Made by a program: the position numbers and the translations under genes
Notes under the pieces: model-generated
Database searches by the model: none
Told to the model about the DNA's origin: nothing
The model's input: only the letters and a program-made list of their open reading frames with translations
DNA from: Squalus acanthias
Taxonomy: Eukaryota
DNA: 64,000 nt
Direction of reading: 5' to 3'
NCBI GenBank assembly: GCA_030390025.1
Contig: CM059432.1
Coordinates: 53,694,001 to 53,758,000 of the forward strand
In this document: positions 24,364 to 36,294 of the stretch, piece after piece
How positions within the stretch are numbered: the first letter of the stretch is position 1
Layout of the letters: the number at the start of each line of letters is the position of its first letter

Positions 24364-27300
24364 AAACAGAAAATGCTGGAAAATCTCAGCAGGTCAGACA
24401 GCATCTGTGGAGAGAGAAACAGAGTTAAAGTTTCAGGTTGATGACCTGGGAAAAAATTAGATAGTAACAGATTTTAAGCAAGTGCAGATTTTAAATAAGT
24501 AAAGAAACAAAAGATGGGTCCAGAAGAGGTGTAAATGGGAATGGAAGAATCTTCAACAGCTGCCATCTGAAAAAATGGGGCCAGAGGTTATGGTCTGAAA
24601 TTGTTGAACTCTATGTTGAGTCCAGAAGGTTGTAAAGTGCCTAACCAAAAGATGAAGTGCTGTTCCTCGAGCTTACGTTGAGCTTCATTGGAACAATGCA
24701 AGAGGCCGAGGACAGAGAGGTCAGAGTGGGAGTGGAGCGGAGAATTAAAGTGACAAGTGACCGGAAGCTCGGGGTCACCCTTACGGACTGAACGGAGGTG
24801 TTCTGCAAAGCGGTCACCCAATCTGCGTTTGGTCTCCCCAATGTAGAGCAGACCGCATTGTGAGCAGCGAATACAGTATACTAAATTGCAAGAAGTACAA
24901 GTAAATCGCTGTTTCACCTGGAAGGGGTGTTTGGGGCCCTGGACTGTGGGAAAAGAGGAGGCAAAATGGCAGGTGTTGCATCTCCTGCGCTTGCACGGGA
25001 AGGTGCCGTGGGAAGAGGAGGGGGTGTTGGTAGTGATTGAGGAGTGGACCAGGGTGTTGCAGAGGGAGCAGTCCCTTCGGAATGCTGAAAGGGGAGGGGA
25101 GGGGAAGATGTGTTTGGTAGTGGGATCATGCTGGAGGTGGCGGAAATGGCAGAGGATGATCTATTGAATGTGGAGGCTGGTAGGATGAAAGGTGAGGACA
25201 AGTGGAACTCTATCGTGGTTCTGGGAGGGAGGGGAAGGGGTGAGAGCAGAAGTGCGGGAAATGGAACGGACATGGTCGAGGGCCATGTCAACCACAGTAG
25301 AGGGAAATCCTCGGTTGAGGAAAAATGAAGACATCGGAAGCACTGATATGGAAGGTGGCAGCATCAGAATAGATGCGACGGAGACGGAGAAACTGGAAGA
25401 ATGGAATAGAGTCCTTACAGGAAGCAGAGTGGGCGGAAGTGTAGTCCAGGTAGCCATGGGAGTCAGTGGGCTTATAGTGGATGTTTGTCAATAGCCTATC
25501 CCCAAAAATGGAGACAGAGAAGTCGAGGAAGGGGAGGGAAGAGTCGGAGATGGACCATGTGAAGGTGAGGGAAGGGTGGAAATTGGAAGCAAAGTTAATT
25601 AAATTTTCTAGTTCAGGACAAGGGCAGGAAACGGTACCGATACAGTCATCAATGTACCAGAAAAAGAGGTGAGGGAGGAGACCTGAGTAGGAATAGAACA
25701 AAGAATGTTCCACATATCCCACGTAAAGGCAGGCATAGATAGGACCCATGCTGGTTCCCATATCAACACCTTTAATTTGGAGGAAGTGAATGGAGTAGAA
25801 GGAGAAGTTGTTCAATGTGAGAACAAGTTCAGCCAGGCGGAGGAGGGTGGTAGTGGATGAGGACTGGTGGGGCCTCTGTTCAAGGAAAAAGCGGAGCGAC
25901 CTCAGGCCGACTTGGTGGGGAATGGAGGTGTAGAGGGATTGTACGTCCATGGCGAAAAGGAGACAGTTGGGGCCAAGAAACTGGAAACTGTTAAGTGGCA
26001 GAGGGCGTCGGAAGAGTTGCAGCTGTAGGTGGGAAGAGACTGGATAAGGGGAGAAAAAATAGAGTCAAGATAGGAAGAAATCAGTTCTGTGGGGCAAGAA
26101 CAGGCTGAAACGATGGGTCTACCAGGGCAGTCCTGTTTGTGGATCTTGGGAAGGAGGTAGAAGTGAACTGTGCGAGGTTGGGGGACTACGAGGTTGGTGG
26201 CCGTGGAGGGAAGATCTCCAGAGGAGATGAGGTCAGTGACAGTCTTGGAAATCATGATGGCTTGATGTTCGGTAGTGGGGTCATGGTCCAGGCGGAGGTA
26301 GGAGGAGGTGTCGGAGAGTTGGCTTTCAGCCTCCGCAAGGTAGAGGTCGGTTCGCCAAACAAAAACAGCACCACCCTTGTCAGAAGGTTTAATGACAATA
26401 TTAGGGTTGGATCTGGGAGAACGGAGTGCTGCATGTTCAGAGGGAGGTAGGTTGGAGTGAGTAAGGGAAGCAGAGAAATTGAGTTGGCCGATGTCACGCT
26501 GGCAGTTCACAATGAAAAGATCTAGAGAGGGTAAGAGGTCAAAGGGAGTGATCCAATAGAACAAGAATTCTGAAAATGGGAGAAAGGGTCTGCTGTGCGG
26601 GTGGAAGACTCCTGGGCAAAGAAGTGGGCACAGAGCTGAAGGCGATGGAAAAAGAGCTCAGCATCGTGCCGAGCTCGAAATTCATTGAGGTGGGGGCGTA
26701 CGGAGATGAAGCTCAGGCCTTTGCTGAGGACTGATCGTTCGGGGTCAGAGAGGGGAATGTCAGAAGAGACAGTGAAAACATGGCAGGTGGTGAGATTGGA
26801 AGAAGGGATGGGGTCAGAGCAAAATGAAGGGGAAGAAGGTTCCGGAGGGGCATTGGTGTCCAAGAGTTGTTGAAGCTTGCGATCCTTGACACCCAAAAGG
26901 AAGAAAAAAAGTTTTTGTTAAAGTGTCGGATGAGGCGAAGGATGAAATGGAACTGCTGGACCAGGACAGCTTTGAGATAGAGTGAGTCGGTGCTGCTGAA
27001 GAGAGAGGTCGAGAGCGTGCATGTGGTGGTACGTGGTGTTGAGCGTGGATCTCAGGATGCAGGCGAGAGCAGTGGTTCGAGGAACGCTGAATATCTTGGA
27101 GATATCTGTAATCCTGGGTGGATCCGAAACATGAAGGGTGGAATTTCAGTTGGAATCCATGTGGAATAATCCTCTTCTAGACCCATCTTTTATTTCTTTA
27201 CTTGTCCCATTACCATCTCCTTTTGCCTTGTACCATCATCCCTTTCATCATTTAATCATTCCTGCCTTCCACCCTATCACAGACCTTCCCTTTTGTTCTT

Positions 27301-27502
27301 TCCTCCCCTCCCCCCTTTCCCTGCCCCTGCCCTTGCTTAATATCTGTTACATCTCTAACTTTTTCCAGTTCTGATGAAAGGTCATTGACCTGAAACGTTA
27401 ACTCTGTTTCTCTCTCCACAGATGCTGCCTGACCTGCTGAGTATTTCCAGCATTTTCTGTTTTTATTTGAGATTTCTAGCATCCGCAGTATTTAGCTTTT
27501 GT
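24364..27502 (-). mobile_element. Penelope-like retroelement (RT + GIY-YIG, frameshifted) with inverted 5' pseudo-LTR
   Basis: IKPSDKGG, YLLPKIHK, PGRPIVS, DVQSLYTSIP, YIDD, LYIGET. Pseudo-LTRs at 24364-24587 (-) and 27170-27502 (+). 13-bp TSD CTCCAAGAAAGTA at 24351-24363 and 27503-27515. Confidence 0.92.
27367..27403 (+). ncRNA. Minimal type I hammerhead ribozyme
   Basis: AGTT-CTGATGA-A-AGGTC-ATT-GACCT-GAAA-CGTT-AACT. Confidence 0.75.
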
Positions 27503-28067
27503 CTCCAAGAAAGTACGCTAAGTAAAATCCTATGAACGTGTTATAAAAAGGGGGGAAATTAACTCTCATTTAATGTAGAATCAGTACACTACGAGCTAAT
27601 TAAACCTCATCATCACCTTTAAACCCGGTTATGCTATGCGCTTTAATGCATTTCAGTGCAACTTTTTCCAAAAGCTTTCCTTGTGTATTTATAGCCTTCT
27701 CCAAAGTGAACAGTTTTAATCAATTGTTGTTAGTCCCCTTCATAATCTTGAAAACTTCAAATAGCTTCCTGACAAATTATTTAATCTTTCCTCACAATTC
27801 ACATTCTTGATTCCTGAAATCATCAGAATCATCTTGGTTATTTGCCTTTATACTCTCGCAAGGACAATAAAATCCTGAATAATAATCACTGTGTTTCTGC
27901 TAAATTATATTTGTCCTTATAATATAGAAAAAGATTGCAAATAAATTTTAGAATTAATTTTATTCCATTTTCTAATGTAAACATTAATATTTTCGCAACA
28001 CTGAGCTTCTCTTTCTTAATAATATTCGTAATTTGAAGTGACAGTTTTATGGTAAAGTGCTCAATTT

Positions 28068-28447
28068 TCATAGAATCATACAATAGTACAGCACAGAAGG
28101 AGGCCGACTCTTCGAAGAGCAATCCAGTTAGTCCCACTCACCCCGCTCTTTCCACATATCCCTGCAATTTTTTTCTCCTTCAAGTATTTATCTAATTCCC
28201 TTATGAAGGCTACTATTGAATCTGTATCCACCACCCTATCAATCAGGCAGTGCATTCCAAATCATAACCACTCGTGTAAAAAAGTTTTTCCTCATGTCGT
28301 CTCTGGTTCTTTTGCCAATCACCTTAAATCTGTGCCCTCTCGTTATCGACCCTTCAGCCATTGGAAACAGTTTCTCTTTATTTACTCCTTCTAAACCCTT
28401 CATGATTTTAAACACTTCTATCAAATCTCCTCTTAGCCGTCTCTGCT
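28068..28447 (-). mobile_element. Old CR1 3' fragment
   Basis: IEVFKIMKG...TRGHRFK...RKNFFT plus tail. Confidence 0.8.
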
Positions 28448-28659
28448 CACCACAATAAAATGAAATGTAGTGAGAAATACAATCCAGGCATTTTAAGATT
28501 GAGTTTGTTCTTTCTGTGCAAAAGATGATTTTAAAATTGATAAATTACATATCTCACATTAGTATTATTACATGTATCCATTCTATTATCTTTTGTGTAA
28601 TGCTTTCATTAAAGTTTTTACTTGATGGCTTGAGCTAAAAGTCTAGTATTTTTGCTCTG

Positions 28660-29360
28660 GGTTGAGAAAGTGATGGTGATCCTTCTTCTTGAACCGTTGC
28701 ATTCCGTGTGGTGAAGGTATTCCCACAGTGCTGTTAGGTAGGGAGTGCCAGGATTTTGATGAAGAATGAAGGGCGATATATGTCCAAGTCGGGACAGTGT
28801 GTGACTTGGAGGGGAACTTGGAGGTCATGGTGTTCCCATGCACCTGCTATCCTAGTTCTTCTAGGTGGTGGAGGTTGCAGGTTTGGGAGGTGGTGCCGAA
28901 GAAGCCTTGGCGAGTTGCTGCAGTGCATCCTGTAGATGGTACGTACTGCAGTCACTTTGCACCGGTGGTGGATGAGCTGCCGATCAAGTCGACTGCTTTA
29001 TCCTGGATGGCGTCGAGCTTCTTGAGTGTTGTTAGAGTTGCACTCATCCAGGACAAGTAGAGAGTTTTCCATCACACTCCTGACTTGTGCCTTGTAGATG
29101 GTGCAGAGGCTATAGGGAATCAGGAGGTGAGCCACAGAAAACCCAACCTCTGACCTGTTCTAGTAGCCACAGCATTTATGTGACTGGTTGAGCTGAGTTT
29201 CTGGTGAATAATGACCCCCAGGATGTTGATGTGGGGTAATTCGATGATGGTAGTGTCATTGAATGTCAAGGGGAGGTGGTTAGACTCTTTCTTGTTGGAG
29301 ATGGTCATTGCCTGGCATTTGTGTGGTACAAATGTTACTTGGCACTTATTAGCCCAAGCC
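28660..29360 (-). mobile_element. Degraded fragment of the second LINE family
   Basis: Homologous to about 32500-33240. Confidence 0.75.
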
Positions 29361-29502
29361 ACTATTGATGGAAAGTTGGTTGACAGTTTATACAAAATGT
29401 ATATTACCATTCCTTGTTTTTATTCTCCCAAAATGTATTATCTCATTCTTAACTACATTAAATTGCATCTGCCATGTATCTGCCCCTTCTGCTAAAGTCT
29501 AT

Positions 29503-30252
29503 GGGCTGGATTTTGTCTTGGGGTTGGGTTGGGGTCGTGTAATCCGCATTTCGTGTTTCCCCCCCGACTCCAGATTAATGTGGATGCCTGATGCAATTTT
29601 CACTTAATTGGGCAATTGAGTTGCAGCATGTGGGAACCCTTGAACTAATTAGTGGTTTCAGTCTGAAACCCGCCTCTGATGATGTCATCATTGCTGAGTG
29701 CCTGCTCTCAGAGATTGTCTGGCTACTGGTGAGAGAGGACCTGTCTGCATTGCTTCTGATGTGAGTGGACCTGGATGAATATATATATGAGAGAGAGAGA
29801 GAGAGAGCATTTTTTGCATCCAAGTCCTCTTACACCAAATGCCATGACATTGAATGTAGCAGTATCAGAGGCGACTTTCAGACCTAATACTACTACCTTC
29901 ATCACATCTCCGTTGTAATAGTGGACTTGCAGCCGATAGTCAGCTATCCATTTGTGCTCCCGCCAGGTTTCACTGGAGTGTTTCACACCAGGCGTGCTTC
30001 ACGTCAGAAAAGGTTAAACTAGCTACAACGTTTCAAAATAGCATTACAGACCCAATTTAGGGCTTGTTAAGTGCTTTAATGGCCTCTCCTGCTTCTTGGA
30101 GGTGGGACGGAGTCGGGAACCCCGCGACTGATTTTGTCAAAATTGCGTGGAGGCGGGATGGAGTCGGATGGGGTCGGAAACCCCGACCCCGCAAATTTAA
30201 CCCCCCTACACGCCTCCAAACCCGACTCCATGGGTCATTCAAAATCCAGCCC
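29503..30252. mobile_element. MITE-like element (Harbinger-type termini)
   Basis: 13-bp TIR GGGCTGGATTTTG / CAAAATCCAGCCC; flanks TAT and TTT (imperfect TSD). Confidence 0.55.
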
Positions 30253-30609
30253 TTTGTCTTCCTGAGGTTATGAACAGTTCTGCTCGCTGTTTCCAAACCT
30301 TCTACTTTTGTTCCCTATACTTGAGTAGAAATCAGCTACATATACAGAGAACAAAGTGGAGCCAGCACTTACTGCTGGGGTACACTACTTACAACTCTTC
30401 TTCCAATCTGACCAACATCTATTTATTCTAACTCTTTGTTTCCTGATTGTCATTCAACTTTTCATCCATTCTGCCACAATTCCTCTCATATCATATGCCT
30501 GAATTTTCTAACAAGCCTCTTGTAACACACCTTATCGAAAACATTCTGGAAATCCATATAAGCTAGATCTACTGCATTCTCTTTAAAGCTCTGTAGCCTC
30601 ATCAAGTTA

Positions 30610-33303
30610 AGAATGGTGATAGACAATCAGACAACTAACAGGAGGCTCCATGAGCTTCCCCACCCTCAACTATGGTGGAGCCCAGCACGAGTGCAAGAGG
30701 GCCAAGTGGATGATCCCACTTGGCCCCCTCCTGAGGTCTCCGTCATCATAGATGCCAGTGTCCAGCAAACCCTGACAACATCCCAGCTGTAGTGCTGAAG
30801 ACCTGTGCATCAGAACTAGATGCCCCCAACCCCTCCCCAGACAAGCTATTCCAGTGCAGCTATTACACGGACATCTACCTGAAAATTTGGAAAATTGCAC
30901 AGGTATATCTCCTCCCAATTATCAACAAAACAATTGAAAAAGTAATTAACACATCACACAACACCTACTCCTGAATAGCCTGCTCACCAATACTCAATTT
31001 GACCACAGCCTTGATACAGACATGGATGCAGGAGCTGAATGCCAAAAGAGAGGCAAGTATAGTTGCTCCTGGCATAAAGGCAACATTTGACAGAATATGG
31101 CACCAAGGAGATCTTCTCAACTTTTGGTGTTCCAGCAGCACCCATCCAGGTGAGTATTCCATCACACTCCTGATTTGAACATTGTCGATGGTGGAGAGGC
31201 TTTGAAGTCAATGGGGGTTAAAGTGAAAATCCTCCAGTGGCTGGAGTCATACTGGATATAGAAGAAAATAATCATGACTGTTGGACGCCAATCATCACAG
31301 TCCCAGGGTATTGCTGCAGGAGTTCCTCAAAACAGCATCCTCGACCCAAGTATCTTAAGCTGTTCTCTGTCATAAGGTCAGGACTGGGGCTGTTCACTGA
31401 CAGTGTTCAATTCCATTTACAGATGCAATTTGTGGAGTTGTCAACATTACACCATCAGATCAAAGCTCTGCAGTCCTGACACATCCAATCGTGAATGGTG
31501 GTAGACTATTAAACAACTAACAGGAGAAGGAGGCTCCATGAATATCCCCATCGTCAAAGATATTGGAGCCCAGCACGTGAGTGTAAAAGACAAGGCTGAA
31601 GCGTTTGCAACCATCTTCAGCCAGAAGTGCCGAGTGGATGATCCATATCGGCCTCCTCCTGAGGTACCCACCATCACAGAAGCCAGTCTTTAGCTAATTT
31701 GATTCACTCCACGTGATATCAAGAAACGGCTGAGAGCACTGGATACAGCAAAGGCTATGGGCCCCGACAACATCTCGGCTGCCGTGCTGAAGACTTGTGC
31801 TACAGAACTAGCCGCGCCTCTAGCCAAGCTGTTCCAGTACAGCTACAACACTGGCATCTATCCGACAATGTGGAAAACTGCCCAGGTATGTCCTGTCCAC
31901 AAAAAGCAGGACAAATCCAATCCAGCCAATTACCGCCCCATCAGTCTACTCTCAATCATCAGCAAAGTGATGGAAGGTGTCGTCGACAGTGCTATCAAGT
32001 GGCATTTACTCACTAATGATCTGCTCACTGATGCCCAGTTTGGGTTCCGCCAGGACCACTCGGCTCCAGACCTTATTACAACCTTGGTTCAAACATGGAC
32101 ACAGGAGCTGAATTCCAGAGGTGAGGTGAGAGTGACTGCCCTTGACATCAAGGCATCAGTTGACCAAGTGTGGGGTCAAGGAGCCCTAGTAAAACTGAAG
32201 TCAAAGGCAATCGGGGGTAAAACTCTCCACTGGCTGAAGTCATACCTAACACAAAGGAAGATGGTCATGGTGGTTGGTGGTCAATCATCACAGCCCCAGG
32301 ACATTGCTGCAGGAGTTCCTCAGGGCAGTGTCCTAGGCCCAACCATCTTCAGCTGCTTCATCAATGACCTTCCCTCCATCATAAGGTAAAAAATGGGGAT
32401 GTTCGCTGATGACTGCACAGTGTTCAGCGCCATTCACAACTCCTCAGATAATGAAGCAGTCCATGCCTGCAAGCAACAAGACCTGGACAACATTCAGGCT
32501 TGGGCTGATAAGTGGCAGATAATATTCGCGCCACACAAGTGCAAGGCAATGACTATCTCCAACAAGTGAGAGTCTAACCACTGGCCCTTGACATTTAACG
32601 GCATTACCATCGCCGAATCCCCCACCATCAACATTCTGGGGGTCACCATTGACCAGAAACTTAAACTGGACCAGCTACATAAATACTGTGGCAACAAGAG
32701 CAGGTTAGAGGCTAGGTATTCTGCGGTGAGTGTCTCACCTCCTGACTCCCCAAAGCCTTTCCACCATCTACAAGGCACAAATAAGGCGTGTGATGGAATA
32801 CTCTCCACTTGCTTGGATGAGTGCAGCTCCAACAACACTCAAGAAGCTCGACACCATCCAGGACAAAGCAGCCCGCTTGATTTGCACCCCATCCACCACC
32901 TCAAACATTCACTCCTTCCACCACCGGCGAACCGTGGCTGCTGTGTGTACCATCTACAAGATGCATTGCAGCAACTCAGCAAGGCTCCTTCGGCAGTACC
33001 TCCCAAACCCGCCACTTCTACCACCTAGAAGGACAAGGGCATCAGGCGCATGGGAACACCATCACCTCCAAGTTCCCCTCCAAGTGACACACCATCCTGA
33101 CTTGGAAGTATATCGCCGTTCCTTCATTGTCGCTGGGTCAAAATCCTGGAACTCCTTCCCTAACAGCACTGTGGGAGTAGCTTCACCTCACGGACTACAG
33201 CGTTTCAAGAAGGCGGCTCACCACCACCTTCTTAAGGGCAATTAGGGATGGGCAATAAATGCTGGCCTTGCCAGAGATGCCCAGATCCCATGAACAAAAA
33301 AAA
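30610..33303 (+). mobile_element. Second LINE family (CR1 group, exact clade uncertain): degraded piece at 30610-31440 and younger 5'-truncated copy at 31447-33303
   Basis: KKQDKSNPANYRPISLLS, QFGFR, GVPQGSVLGP, FADD; AATAAA and A-rich tail. Confidence 0.85.
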
Positions 33304-33386
33304 ATCTGCACCACATGGGAAGAGATTTTCCCTGCTGCCTACACGTGACATCTATTCTCCCGAACCGTAGATATTTTAAAGACTGT

Positions 33387-35384
33387 GGCCATAAAATTCG
33401 ACCCATTTGAGTCGGCTGTTAAGGTCAGGAATGCGGCGGCCGCCATTTTGAGAAGGTCGGCAACGCTGCTGTTGCCTGCGCTCACTCCAGATATGGAAAT
33501 GAGTCAGATCGTGACGTCAATCGGCGTGCAACGCTGAACTGACGCACAATCTGGTATTTTGGACATCGCTGCTCCTTTTAACGCCCTCTCCAAACCACGC
33601 GTGGCAGAACATACGTGCAGCAGTATGACGGACTCCCTACCAGCGCTTCTTAAAGCGACACACGCAACTTTCAGGTAAGTTTAGATTTTTGCTTTTGTAC
33701 TGGATTCATTACATTTTATTGGAGTAGTGGTTGGTGTAATACAATTAAAAAGTTGTTAAAATGTGAAGGGAGTGCAGCTGGACGTTTGCAAGGCTTTGGC
33801 TCTTAAAGGATGGCCTCTGAGAACACCACTTGCTCCCAGTCCTGGAGGCTCTAGTTGCAGTCCCCCTTGGGCCGCAGCATGGCATGGAGATGGAGCAGAG
33901 GCAGCAAAGGGGACAAACTGCTCGCAGAGGGAGGAGGAGGAGCAGGAGGAAGAAGAAGCAGAAGAGAAAAAAGCAGAAGGAAGGAGGCAACCCAGACACC
34001 CCTTTCTGGCCGGGATATCCAGGATTGAATCATCCAGCTGCGGTACCAGTGACCACAACCCCAATTCCCCTTTCAACATTAGTCCCACACCTTTCCTTCC
34101 CTCTGTTACTGACCATCACAGCGTCCTCTTGCCAATAATGCTGAAATAAGAGCAACCACAAAGCAAACCTTCCAATCCAACTTTATACATCTATCCATCC
34201 AATTTGACATCAAGAAATCAACTAATCACCCTTGTGCATTCCCTTAGTGACTGTCTTGCGTGTGCCTTTGCCTATCCTAGTGTTCTTACACTGTGCTACG
34301 CCAGTGGCTGCTGCATGGCTGGTGGATGACTGCTAACTTTCAGTGGGGGACACTGCAGATGGCCTTGCAGGATGACCTCGAGGAGCTGGTGGCTGGGAGT
34401 GTGAAATCGAGTGATGGTGTTTCTTCTTCTTTTCTTCACTCTCCTCTCCCTCTTCTTGTTGACCCACTGGCTGGGGAGGCTGGATTTATTGGATGTCTGA
34501 AATGTGGAAGGCACAAGACTAGGGTTGTGGTGAGGGGAGGGCGCTAAAGCAAGAGGTACGTGCTTACACCATGTGCAGCTTGGGATGAGGGGGAAGTGGG
34601 ATGTGTGAAGGAGGATAATGTATGAGGATATGGCCACAGGCTCAGCATTGCCCCTGCCAAGATTGGCCAGCACCGTCTCCTCCAAGGGGGTGAAATGAAG
34701 CTAGGAATGTGAGGTGTGCCTCGTGTTTGGTATAGATTGTTAGTAGGTGAGTGATGGAGGGGGGGTGGTGGGTCATACATTGAGCAGTGTGTGAGGCTAG
34801 TTGTGCAGTTGGTAGGAGACGGCTTTTGAAGATGCATTCACTGACCTTGACTACTGGTCTGATGTCATGAAACTTTTTTGGGCACTGGAGCCAGGTCTTG
34901 GGGGCAGCACTGCTGGCAGTGACTGCCTCGGCGATCTGGTCCTACATCCTTATTTCTGGAGGCCATCCTGGCCCCCTGTAGATGACCTCTCTTCTAGCGT
35001 TGACCTCCTGCACAAAGCTCGAGTGCTGCGTCTAAGACCCTAGGTGCCCTTTCCTTGGCCTGTTGAGCTATTTGGGTTAGTGCTGAAGCACTTTTACCAT
35101 TTTTCATCAGCAGAAGGCAGCTCACCTTTAAGAGGTGCAGACTACCTTTCAGAGGAGCAGGCTAGCTTTAAGTAAAGCTAGCCTCGCTCTAACAACATGA
35201 ACTTCGGCCCCTACTGAGCGCATAGCCTATCAGCAGCGCGTTCAACTCTAGGCTGTGCATTCATTCATTATAATTAGCAGGCAGCACAAAGTTGACATGC
35301 TGCCTGCACTCCTTGAACGGGCGTGGGCATATCTCGCATCACAGTGCCTATGCTCGTTCAAGGCGTGCTATTGGAGTTTGCCCC
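33387..35384. mobile_element. Internally deleted Harbinger element: transposase ends on +, Myb/SANT gene remnant on -
   Basis: Minus strand about 34845-35055: KERAPRVLDAALE..VQEVNARREVIY...DQIAEAVTASSAAPKTWLQCPKKFHD. Plus strand about 33850-34020: Arg-rich and acidic transposase-like termini. Boundaries approximate. Confidence 0.6.
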
Positions 35385-36294
35385 TGAATCCCTGAGATCT
35401 TGGTCCTCAGCCAAAGATAGCCGTTTCTGCCCCCTCCAAGAAAAGATGGCTGTTTCTTAATCATTCCCTCCCAGTTCCTTCTCACTGGTGCTCTGTGATT
35501 CATCCAGTCATATCCCCTCTGTCTCACTAACACCCTTGTCCTCAGTAGAAGTATCTGGGCTGGTGCTTGAGTAAGTAGAATGCCATGTGAGAATCAAGTG
35601 GAGGAAGGGTCCCTCTGAAGGTGTCAGTCCACTTGTTTCTTTCTGTAAGCTTTAAGCACTTGTGAGGGACATATAGGATATTTGTTTCAGGAAGTTGCTC
35701 TCTTACTTGTGAATCAGAAGAAGTGACTGACCTAACGCAGGGGATAGCAAAACCTCAATTCTGGAAGGCTCTATGCCATTACCAAGCTGAAACTGACAGC
35801 TCTATTCCAACTTCTCCATCTCCCACAGCCTTCCCGGGTACCTGCCTAGGAGTTGCACAGCTTCTTTCTCAAGCTTACTGAGGGGGCTAATCCTTTATCT
35901 AGTTGCATATAGGTTTCTCCTTTGCAAAGAATACAAACATTTAGAGATGCTACAGGCGAACTCAGAATGTCTTTTCAGCCATGTGTCCGCAAGATATTCC
36001 ATTGTGAACATGTTTTCAGGTGCAGGCAATGCACCAGTCTTCATTTCTCACTTAAAATTACTGGAAACGTGATAGGGAACAGTTGAATGCTAGGAAAGTA
36101 GATGTACCCTGAGGGAGATGGTTGCTGTCTCTTGTGCCTACCAAGGGTTTCATTCATTTCTTCTTTTATTCTCTGTGGTCCTGGATAATGTGGAGATAGA
36201 AACATAGAAACATAGAAAATAGGTACAGGAGTAGACCATTCGGTCCTTCGAGCCTGCACCGCCATTCAATGCGTTCATGGCTGAACATGCTACC

